A stretch of 57,338 nucleotides of DNA, counting the filler, from Streblomastix strix (Eukaryota): assembly GCA_008636045.1 (NCBI GenBank). It is 3 parts of 3 records of this genome, joined end to end, with 100 filler letters (N's around TTAATTAATTAA, not from the genome) between each part and the next. Parts side by side here need not be neighbours in the genome. Positions count along the whole stretch, not along the records: positions 1 to 19,052 come from SNRW01000550.1; positions 19,153 to 38,197 come from SNRW01000551.1; 1 more part is not named here. One strand, given 5' to 3'. Both the position numbers and the translations under genes were made by a program. Below the pieces are notes generated by a model that was given only the letters and a program-made list of their open reading frames with translations, was not told the DNA's origin and did not search any database. This document shows, piece by piece, positions 12,246-22,969 of the stretch. Position 1 is the first letter of the stretch, and the number at the start of each line of letters is the position of its first letter.

Positions 12246-12950
12246 TAATTTATTTTTTTTTAATTATTTGTTAGACTTTGTTCTTCTATCCGATTTTTAA
12301 ATTCTTTTTGTATATTTCTCGGAATATTGTAAGATGTATTAGTCATACCATTAGCTAAGAGATTAGTCCACAAAGTTAACAGTTTCTGCTATTTAATCCA
12401 ATATTTTGAACTGCTTTTAACAAAATTTATAATTTAAATGACAGGTATAAAATGAATGTTTTGTATTAATATTTTGTTATTAAAGCATTGCATTTATATT
12501 TCTGTTTGGGTAGAAGTCATTATCTATATTGAACTATTCCTATTCGCTAATTATACCTATTATCTATTACTACAATTTTTGTAACTCATTTACTGATGAT
12601 ATTGATATTAATTAACCTTGTTTTTTTCGGTTTTTGTAGTAAATGTAGGAGTTTGATTGTATCTTATATTGGTTTAGGCTATAATGGTTATATCAAGGGT
12701 GTGGTGGTGATTAGTTGTTGAATTTGTATGCTTGGATATAATGCATATATCAGAGTTGTTGGTTTGATTGATTTTTGAACAATGTGCCTATTTTATGTTT
12801 GATCTGTTTGTTATTATTTAAGCTCCTTATTTGGTACTACAATCATAACCCCATAATGTTGGTTTCTCATCTTCAACCTAGCATTTATATTTATACAATA
12901 ATCTATTAAAATCATTACTTATAGTGCATCTGAAGTAACAATATCCAATT

Positions 12951-13457
12951 TCAAGAACTCATTTAATGTCTGGCTAACTGTTTGAAAGTTTGATTTTCAT
13001 TTTATAGTTGTTCTATAATTCTAGTTACTCCAACTTCAAAAGTTATATTTGCTAACTAGATGTGATCATTAATCGAATCCATTATTTTATTTGCATAGTA
13101 TAAATATTTAATGCTTGTTTTCATACAAATGATATTAACTAAATCCTTAAGAACATATGTTCATCTTATTTCATTAATAGATTCACTAATTATTTAATGA
13201 TCAATAGGTTGCTGGTATAAATTCGTCGTAGCCTGCTTTTCATTAACAAATTATATATATTCTCTATAAATTGAAGATTAAATTAAAGTTTTTAAATGTT
13301 TTCTTGTGTTTTATCTTTCATTAATCAATTTGACTAATTTTGATGCAATTACAGACTCAATTTTATCTCTTCGCAGTATTTCAAAACAGTTATATGTTGC
13401 TCTATTGAATATTACGTTATTTGAAGTTAAATATGTTATTATGAAGGTTGTTGTCAT
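12951..13457 (-). pseudogene. Second KilA-N domain protein, disrupted
   Basis: FNRATYNCFEILRRDKIESVIASKLV...IR*TYVLKDLVNIICMK...KIMDSIN; in-frame TGA and a frameshift. Confidence 0.65.
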
Positions 13458-13499
13458 TTTTTATACAGATAATAAACTGAATTAAAAAAATTATAGATT

Positions 13500-16010
13500 A
13501 AATATTCCATACGATTTGTCCTAAACAACATAATTCTTAGCTGTTTATCCTTTAATATAAGGACAACAACATTAATTCCTAAGTACTATTGATTTATTAT
13601 TGAAACCAGTTAGTGCATACTTTTCTACTTGAATACTACTCATAACATTATCGTACATTTTTTAGTGTTCCATTAATACTTTTTTTCATTATATTTTTAT
13701 TTTTTACATTTTTATAATTTATATGAATTATTTCCTATGTTTTACTAATTCTTTTTGATATTATTTTTGGTTTAAATTCAAACTTTTATTTGTCTTTGTT
13801 TCACTTATGAACTATCATTGAATAGCGTTTTGCTCCTAATGATGTAAGCTCATATCCTTCATTTTAAATACCAAAACCAAGTATCTTTTTGTAGTCATAG
13901 ATGTCCTTATTTGGGCCTGGCAAATACTAGTATACATGTTAGTCATAGAATTGCTTATCTGTTACTATAGCTTCAAATTATTAATGACAGTCTTTAGCTG
14001 GATTACCTGCTATAGCTATATAAATTGAATCAGTATCAGCAAATATAAAATTGAAACGTCTTCGGATAAGAAACTTATACATGAAGTTATAGAAGCAATT
14101 GAGATACTAATATTTCGCATTATCTAAGGTAAAAACTCCTGATTAAAGTGATGTAAAACAAATAACTGTCTTAGGCAGAACTGATACTGCAAATATATTG
14201 GCACTAATACATCTGGTACCAATGTGATTAGGAAGATGTTATGCAATAAATGTATCAGCTTTATCTAATAATTTTATTTTACCAAACTTCTCTGTATTTA
14301 ATATGTCATACTTATAAGACACGTTAATCATTAGTTTGTAAAATTTCTCTTTAGAAGATCCTGCTAATATAGCTTAAATTCTTAAGTTCATCATCGTCCT
14401 AACAAATGGCTCCTATTCCGCAACTTTCTCAAAGACTGTAATAGCTTTATAATCAGTAATGATGAAACCAAGATCAATAAATAACTATAAATAATAGTTA
14501 TTGAATACCATAAATTGACCGTTAGTGTCGAGTAATGTTGTCAATTTCTTTTCCCTCTTTGTCATCGGAAGTAAATGATTTTGTGCTAATGAATACATAT
14601 ATCCATCACTTCTTCTTTGGTTTTTATCTTTATATTTCTAAATATTGGTTGTAGAACAAGTACATTATTAAATTCTGTTTGAGGGAAATAACCTTTAACT
14701 TTTGCAACAAATATGTCTTTCACAAATTAATACAGTATTTAATAACATAAGGTTTTTCTAAATAGAATTTTTACCTTTCTAGCATATACATTCTATGATT
14801 GGTGTAAGGGATATTTTTATTTTTAATTGATAAATATGAACTTGGATAAAGATTATTACCATCAAGAGCGAATACATAAGTAGTAACATTTTCATTATCT
14901 TATGAGATCACTTTGTTTAATTATTCGTCATAAGTTAATACATTTATATAAGTTTTGCTTGCAATATTTTCCCAATGGAATACTGCTGCAAGACCACCTG
15001 TAATACATACTCGAAGTAATTTATATATTCTTTCATCATTTATTGTCATTGGTAGATTGTTCTTAATTGCATATTGTCTCATCTTGATATGTAATGATGC
15101 TATTTTTGGATCTCTATTTGCATGCGCTATATTACATGAAACACATGTAGGCAAACAGTTATCTTTTGTATGAGGAAGTTTGTTATTTTTTCTATCTAAG
15201 CATGATGAATTGTTATTAGAAAATTTTGCATTACAAATAGAACATACTGATGACTCAAACAACTTTTTATAGTTATTGTAATCATTTGATGAGACATTGT
15301 TTTCTGAATCTTTAACTGCTTTATAATTTTATTACTTATAGTTATAATACATATCTTTCCAGTACCATTCCGTTAGTACAAAAGGTTTAGCATTAGGATT
15401 TGGATTAGTATAATCAGCATTAATATTAAATTCAGAGTAATATGTCTATTTGTCACTTTCAAGATTGAATTTAGAAGGAAAGTATGTTGAATGGTGTTTC
15501 GTTGCATATGCGCATGAAGAAATTGAAATATAGTGTAAAACATCAATATTGAATTATTCAAATGTATCATTTAAATTCATTAATGGTTTAACCATGATCT
15601 CCGTATCATTAATATTATAATATTTGAAGTATTCTAACCTGTTGGTGAATCTCTTAAAATCAATCAAATATTAATCATATTCATCTTTAGCGATAGTTCA
15701 ACCTCCTTTGAGTTATGACTTGAAATCATCATACTCAAATAATTCTGTTTTCATCAATTCTTTTTTTCCTATTCTTTATATTGATAAATTCATATGGGAA
15801 TATATCTTTATATTCAGATTTATCTCCATCATCTTTTATACTTGATTTTAATGTCATTAGTCCAAATAGATTCTCTGCATCAATGAATTGTAATTTCATA
15901 TGTGATTTCTTGTGTGTTACTGTTCTTGAAAATTAGTGTTGTGTCTCATTCCTACACATTAGCAGATATCAATTGAGTTCAGATAATTATGCAATTATTA
16001 ATGATGAGCA
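13500..16010 (-). pseudogene. Protein-primed family B DNA polymerase, 5'-truncated and frameshifted
   Basis: KDIFPYE; Exo III YYNINDTEIM; ITGGLAAVFH; motif A ALDGNNLYPSSY; motif B FYKLMINVSY; motif C FADTDSIYIA; SLGAKRYS. Confidence 0.9.
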
Positions 16011-16035
16011 GTAATGATAGGCATAAATATTAAGC

Positions 16036-16157
16036 ATTAATTTGGCACGATAATTTGGATTGGCTAACGAATGACTATTGACTGCAACGAGTGCAACGAG
16101 TCAAAAACTTTCATCAAAAACTGCTGCCATTCTGCTATTCTGCCAGAAGTGAGAAAA
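16036..16157 (+). repeat. Left arm of imperfect inverted repeat with variant iterons (AGTGCAACG) and TGCCA triplet
   Basis: Reverse complement of ~18070-18195 over ~120 bp. Confidence 0.8.
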
Positions 16158-16242
16158 TAAAGCTGAATAATTATTTAAACGTTAATATTGTCATTAACTT
16201 CCTCACTAATGCCTTTAATTGTTTTATTTTTATAAAAAATAA

Positions 16243-17643
16243 ATGTTAAACGAAAATAATTTGAATGAGGATATACTTAGGACTTTTTAAGGAGAATAAT
16301 ATCAAAGAGAAGAAAATGAATTTGAAGTATAATAAGATATCGATGATAAAACATATAAAATTCATTATAAAACGAGTCTATCAGAGTTCATAAAAAATAT
16401 CTTTAAAATTGCAAAGAAAAAAAATGTCGATGTTATAGTAGAAAAAGCTGATGAAATAATTATTGGAAAGCTAACAGTTGCAGATTAGTATTATTATTAT
16501 TATATTTCAGTTTAATTATAATTCGAACCATCAAAATAAAAAAAATATAAATAAATAGATGAAAAAAATGCATAATAAGCGGTTTAGATATCCAGCCAGT
16601 AATCCGCACCCATTTAAGGTGACGACGATGAAAATATGCTCTATTTTCCTTTAAAAACAAAATTAAAATTGTTTGAAAAAAAATAAACATAAATAAGCTA
16701 ACAATCAATATATTCCAGTGAAAGATTATAAATTAAAGCCATTATAAAGATTACAACGACCTTATTTCACTCCAAAGTTAGGGAGTTGGGAAATAGATAC
16801 AGTCTTTTCAATCGATTAAGACTTGTAAGAAAACAACAATGAATATGATGGTGCTATCTTTGAATAAAATGAAATATAAAATATAAGAGAAAAAAAGAAG
16901 AATAATAAATGCATATTTATTTTTCAAAAACATTAATACAAAATATTTAGTCGTTTATCCATTGATAGATAAATCAGCCGCATAAATAGTTGGATAATTG
17001 TAAAAATTAATTAAAAATTATTACATAAATAATATTCGTGGTGATGGAGAGAAAGGATTTAATAACTCGTATTTTGCTTTGTTTTGTTCATAATATAAAA
17101 TTAATGGTTATTTCACTGATTCAAAAATTCACTAATCATAATAGAGTAGTCGATTCAGTTATTCGTACAATAAGGAATGCGTTTGGTTATAAATTTAATT
17201 AATTTTTAACGAATCAATAAATGTAAACAGTCGTTGGTATGCTCAATAATACACCACATCTTGCGTTTCAAAATAAGTATAGCTCATATTAAGTTCAATT
17301 ATCAAGAGATTTAGAAGGATTATATATACGTTCATAAATGAAGAAATTAGAGCGACAACCAGCAAGATAGCGAAATGAAGGCCTATTATCATTTAAGGCA
17401 GGAAATATAATACTAACCCATCTTGATTCCTAAAAAACATAATAAAAATTTATGAAATAATGAAACAATTTCAATTAATTAGCGAAATTTATTCGATACG
17501 TAAATGGTAATTTTTTATGCAGATTATTAAATAATTTTTATAAATTAAATTTAATAAAAATATTATCACATTATAGTAAATAAGTAAGTGAAAATAAAGA
17601 ATTTATACCATAAAATTATGCAATAAAGTTTTTATTTAGATGA
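16243..17643 (+). pseudogene. Retroviral-like (rve) integrase of Polinton type, frameshifted
   Basis: RPYFTPKLGSWEIDTVF (D1), NINTKYLVVYPL, NIRGDGEKGF (D2), FTNHNRVVDSVIRTIRN (third acidic residue), NNTPH; about three frameshifts. Confidence 0.85.
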
Positions 17644-17691
17644 AATATTAAAAATTATATATATAATTTTCATTTTTTTATCGTATAATAA

Positions 17692-18033
17692 ATGACAGCT
17701 ATTGAGACTTTCAGCGAGGCAATCAACGAAACAGTTAATGAAGCAATCAATGAAACAATATAAAAAGATTCATATAATTCAACAAAACAAGGACATATAA
17801 AGAAATATACCGCTAAAGAATATGCAATGATTGCTGCTAGGGAAGAACGCAAAAGTGCAAGAATTAAATACAAATAAAATTAAACAAATTATATTTCTAA
17901 AGTCAATGATATGCAATTATTAATAATTAAAAAATTTATAAAAATAATTGTGAACATTAGTTATTTAATAACAATTAATGAATTAATTAAAAAAATACGA
18001 AAATAAAAAAGACATTAACGAAGATGCTAATGA
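17692..18033 (+). CDS. Small basic hypothetical protein downstream of integrase, 113 aa
   Basis: Open frame ...GHIKKYTAKEYAMIAAREERKSARIKY...NDMQLLIIKK; homologous remnant at 11605-11812. Confidence 0.55.
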
Positions 18034-18069
18034 TTCAATCATCCTTTGAACAATATTTAATTTTAATGT

Positions 18070-18240
18070 TTTCTCATTTCTGGCAGAATGGCAGGCTGGC
18101 AGCTGTTTTTGATGAAGGTTTCTGACTCGAAGCACTCGATGCACTCGGTGTAGTCAAAAGTCATTCATTAACGATTCCATTTTCTCGTGTCAATTTCATT
18201 AAATACGATGATGCTTTATAACTCGATGCACTCGGTACAA
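18070..18240 (-). repeat. Right arm of the inverted repeat with variant iterons plus two extra units
   Basis: tggcagaatggcaggctggca, then cgaagcact-cgatgcact-cggtgtagt at 18128-18154; extra units at 18221-18240. Same layout as 11219-11370. Confidence 0.8.
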
Positions 18241-18360
18241 TCAAACGTTCTATAATTTTACTATTGATTTCACCAATTAATTTTAGGTTTCCAGCCGCAA
18301 GGCGAAGGTCGAAAGACTGATATAACCAAATTCATTAATGGAATCCATTAACCTTTGCAT

Positions 18361-18617
18361 GCAGTTATGTGAAAAAAGAGAGTGCCATACATTTCAAAAA
18401 TATCATTTAATGACGTATATCACTAATATACTTCAGTGTCGCACATTCATAAATCATTGTCAATCATGTTCTTTCAATAATATCGTTTAAATATTTATTT
18501 TCTTTTACATTATTTATTTTCATTATTTATTTTACATTAATTATTATTATTATTTATTTTACATTATTTTTGTTTTATTTTTGAATGTGGGGCACTCTCC
18601 TTTTTCACATAACTACT
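18361..18617. repeat. ~255-bp fold-back ending in ...CACATAACTACT (Polinton-like terminus)
   Basis: 18361-18402 (gcagttatgtgaaaaaagagagtgccatacatttcaaaaata) pairs imperfectly with 18576-18616. The end resembles the 6716 terminus. Confidence 0.75.
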
Positions 18618-19010
18618 AACAAATAATTAGAATTATATGTATATGTGTTGTTATTTAGTAATAAATTAAATATATTAAATCATTAAATTTGTAAATTATT
18701 AAATAAAACTTGTGATATATGAAAGAATTGACAAATAATAAAAATAATTTTGTTTGAAGCCAACAGTAGAATAATGATCAAATGTATCTAATAAAATAAG
18801 TTAATAAATATATAAATTTAAAAAATAATATAATAATTAAAGATAAGAATACTATCTGAGGGACATACAGCTGTAATTAAAATATTACCCAAAGTACTAA
18901 TAAAGGCTTATTTGAATATATATTTTACTAAAATATGTATTTATAAAATTAATTAAAATTAATTTTGTAGAATAACAGTGGTTAATACTCTTATTTGGAA
19001 TGACCCAGAC

Positions 19011-19052
19011 TGGGTTGGGTCGGGTCGGGTTGGGTCTGGTTGGGTTTGGTCG
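19011..19052 (+). repeat. Degenerate G-rich pentamer array (YGGGT)n at contig end
   Basis: tgggt tgggt cgggt cgggt tgggt ctggt tgggt ttggt. Confidence 0.7.
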
Positions 19053-19152
19053 NNNNNNNNNNNNNNNNNNNNNNNNNNNNNNNNNNNNNNNNNNNNTTAA
19101 TTAATTAANNNNNNNNNNNNNNNNNNNNNNNNNNNNNNNNNNNNNNNNNNNN
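19053..19152. other. Artificial contig spacer
   Basis: N44-TTAATTAATTAA-N44. Confidence 0.98.
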
Positions 19153-19238
19153 CCAAATTTTGATAAAAAAACTAATGAAATAATACTAAAAAAGTATAAT
19201 GATTTGAATATGATTGATCATGATTCAGGATATTAATC

Positions 19239-21130
19239 TCATTTCATTCTATCTCCTAACAACTGAGTAATTTAATTTCCTAGTTATTGCTCATCTTTTA
19301 TTGCTCGATGCGGAATTTTAGTGCAATCTTAGCAAATTGCTGCTTTTGCGAATGCGTGCATATTCGCATGTTATGTTGTTACTAACTAAAGCGTTATTAT
19401 ATATCTCTGCATTTTATCGCCTTATGTCTTAGTGGCAAACCCAGTGATATATTTGCGTAACTTGCTTTTCATTGTGTGAAAAGTGGATAGTCCGAGAGGC
19501 TAGAAACAGTGACTTATGTAAGCTGGCAATTTGGTTATCCGTATTTGCGCTTCAGTGAGTGCTGATTCTGTTTCTTCAGTTAAAAGTGATCTATGTCTAT
19601 CCAATAGTAACCTTTTTCACTCTATTGGGCGTAATTTGTTTTCTTTCCTCAATTTAACGATTTATAGGAATTAAGTGCCTCGTTATCCAAATGAAAAAGT
19701 GATTTGAGCACATATAACCCTTATTGATAGGCAAAACAATGCAACAAACTACGTTATGAAGTCCTTTCTTAAATATATAATCAACTATTGATTTTTATTG
19801 AACAATGATGGCTGGACATACGTTTGAACCGTTGAGACAAATCACAGCCAAAACTGTGCAGTTTTTGTCACTTCTATCGATATTGTATTTACATTAGCTA
19901 TCCTTGACTGATACTAATCAAATAACTGCTTTGCGATGATTGTCAACATATTGTTGAATCCCAGATTCGTCGAATTTTATAAAAATATATGCAATAATTC
20001 TAACAACTTCTTCGTCAAAGTGAATGTTGTATTCCGATGCAGATTCTAATGGAGAATAGAATCTCTCATCTTCCATAAGCGATGCGAACTTTGCCGTAAG
20101 CTGGTGCTCTCTGCGAGAAAAAAATGAAACTGTATAGCCGTTTGTCGGCTAAATACTTGGAAATAATTGTTGTACATACTCGAGAAATGCAACATGCATA
20201 AAATGATCACCGTTTGGATGGTTCCGCCCACAAGTGATATCCACAATTTTATTGAATAAAATTATTTAAATTAATTAAATTAATATTTTTCATAAATGAA
20301 AATAATATAATTTTACATATATGAAAAATTTGGCGAAAAATATAATTTTCCATTTGCGACCCCAATTGAATACATAATTCCGAATTGGTTGATTCATTTT
20401 TCAGTAAAATATTTTTTATTTAAATTTTCCTAATATTTTTATCGAATAAAATTGTGGATGATTGCTCTGAGCGGAATCATCCAATTTTTATATCAGTTTG
20501 TGGCCCCTTGAACAAAAATATCCTCTTACGGGTCTGTGAATTTAGGTGCATTTGCATCTTGCTACTTTTTGCCCGTTTTTCTGATGATGGAATCACAAAA
20601 ATATTGATATGAAATATCAAATATTACAGCAAATGAACGAAGGATCCATTTTTTTTCAGTAATTGTAATTACAGCCGCGTGAAAGTCTTTAATTTGCTAG
20701 TCTCTTATTTCGTAGTTTTTGCTCAATAACTCGCGTAGAATTTATCATCACGATCTCATATCTAGAATTTTTTGCAATTCTACAAGTATCTTCCCAATTG
20801 AGCCTGGTTTAACCATACTTATCCTTACAAATAGATTATTTTTTTCCCAATTTATATGAGACGTTTAATAAAAAAATGTAAACTGTCAGGTTCGATCTTT
20901 GAGTCTTGATTAATTTTTGGACGTCCTGGTGAATCAATGAAAGCAACAAGAGTATGATTAGCTACAAATTCTCTCATCCGTTTCACATTAGTTGCTTTCT
21001 CTGGTGAAACAGTTCCGTGTAAACCTCGTAAGTCATCAAATATATTATTATTAGTGGATTGTCTTAGAAACCTAACTTCAAGCACAGTTCTGTTGCGTAA
21101 GTAACCAATTCTTGACAAAACAACAGTCAT
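19239..21130 (-). pseudogene. pogo/Fot1-like (DDE_1) transposase, decayed and interrupted by a MITE
   Basis: KFDESG (D1), TVLAVICLNGSNVCPAIIV, NKGYMCSNHFFIW, LLLDRHRS (D2), LPAYISHCFQPLG (QPLD motif with D lost). HTH-like N-terminal segments lie 5' of the insertion. Stops and frameshifts present. Confidence 0.8.
20214..20484. mobile_element. 271-bp MITE-like insertion with ~48-bp imperfect TIRs
   Basis: TTGGATGGTTCCGC...ATCCACAATTTTATT at the left end pairs with AATAAAATTGTGGAT...GCGGAATCATCCAA at the right end; AT-rich non-coding interior; no clear TSD. Confidence 0.7.
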
Positions 21131-22437
21131 TTTCTATTAGGCAAAGAAATGCTTGATTTAAAAACTTTAGTTTGAAATCAATTTTTAATTAATAAAATTC
21201 TTACAATTATAGTAATAAAATTTATAAATTTCAAATACAAATTTATAAAATAATTTGAATCGAAAAATGGCTTTATGAAAAAATATATTTCCTGCAAGAA
21301 GTTTCATAAATATAGAAAAGTGATGATAAATAATGACTGTGTGCATATCTTATTTGAGAAATTCTGTTTTTTTCTATCATATATGCTCATTTTTGATAAT
21401 ACCTAGCTTAACGCTATCATAAACAGTGAAAGTAAATATATTGTTTATTGTACATCTCCATAAGTGTGATTCATATACATGATATGAAAATCAATTCTAT
21501 ATATGGATCTGGAAATAAATGGCGAATATATGTTTTTTTACCATCCTATAATTCTTTCAATATCTAAAATGCAGAATTTTAAAAGGACATGAAATTTAAT
21601 ATTTATATTTGCAGATGGGCTTGTACTTATGATAATCGCTAGACATAGCTATTATATTTAAATAATCCTTAAAATAATTACCTGAGCATGGTTCTCTGTT
21701 CGTACTTTTGCAGTTTCGCTCTAGATATCGAGCTAAAAATTTTGCTCCCATAAAAATTATTTTTATCAAATGGCATGCTATAATACAAAATTTTGAAGTA
21801 TTAAATTAAAAAGTCTCAACAAAAGTTTCAGCTTCTATTATTTAATTGAATTATATTTTGACTGATTCACTTAAATTTTTATTTATAGTTTAATTTCAGT
21901 AACTTAATTCAACATTTATGTAATTTCTCAATTATTTTACATAAAAATGAACGTAGTATTTATTCCTAATAGAAATTATACAAAACAATAAAAATATATT
22001 AGAAATTTTCTTTTTATAATTCATATTATAGTTTTTTAGAAAATCAGGTCAACTGAATGGAATGTTATTTTAAAATTTAAGAAAATTTTGAATTTATATA
22101 TTTTTTAACTAAAGTCAATAATATTTATAAAAGTTCTATATAAATTAAATATATTTACTCTTACATTTAATTTTTCATTCACAATAATAATTTTTTTGCG
22201 TGTTTATTAATTGATATATTTATATTCGATAGGCTATTCTAATGAAGATACACCTCTGAATGTATTATAGTCAAGAATTAGTACTCTTGAAGGAGTGTTA
22301 AATGAAATTTTCGATTTAATGCAAATTTAATAAATATCAATTAATTATTACTTTTCTTAATTTTGTATCATATCTCCATAATTTTATTAATAATTCTTAT
22401 TCTCTGTATTCATCTAGCTTAACATTGGACAGATCAA

Positions 22438-22857
22438 ATGATGAAGATTCTCATCAACTCGTTATATTCAAAAAAGGGCATTTTCCTAAAAGAACTTGAT
22501 AACACACTTATGCTCGACGAGGACGAAGACACTTTATTTATTTATAATAATTTTTTATTATTGTTGTTACTCTTATTACATTTATTATTTTATTTTATTT
22601 ATATTTAATTTATCAAATTCGTGACATTGCCAACGAATTCAGTGAATTCATATATTTCACCATATATCTACGAGTAGAAGAAGACACAAAAGACAAATCT
22701 CGTCATAGAGATGAATGAATAAAAATAATATTTATATTAAAATATAATAATACTTATATATAATAGATATGAATACATAAATACAAACAAAGCCATTTGG
22801 CAGAGAGATCATAAAGAAGTTAACGAAGAAGAATATAAAGACTTCTTCAAAGTGTGA
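22438..22857 (+). pseudogene. Captured Hsp90-family (Grp94-like) gene fragments inside the transposon
   Basis: MMKILINSLYSKKGIFLKEL; TLMLDEDED; QIRDIANEFSEFIYFTIYL; YEYINTNKAIWQRDHKEVNEEEYKDFFK, in native Hsp90 order with the ATP-binding core missing. Confidence 0.85.
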
Positions 22858-22969
22858 TATAATTAAATTTGATAAAATAGATAAATTATTAATTTGAAAA
22901 TGCCCTCTTTTATTTAATTTTTATTTGAAACAATAATTGTGAAACAATAATTAAAAATTATTTAATAGG

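Larger units (their letters stand above)
1..18617. mobile_element. Composite, degraded endogenous Polinton/Maverick-like virus region (probably several nested elements)
   Basis: Intron-free, densely packed ORFs/pseudogenes for pPolB, two rve integrases, AEP-SF3 helicase, two KilA-N proteins, putative MCP and a fibre-like protein. AGTAGT...ACTACT termini at 6716, 7118 and 18617. Confidence 0.88.

Noticed and set aside
19053..19152. TTAATTAATTAA palindrome in N runs (also 38198-38297), and apparent linkage of virus, transposons and housekeeping genes
   Set aside because: Artificial linker. The contigs have near-identical descending lengths (19052, 19045, 19041), i.e. size-sorted and unlinked.
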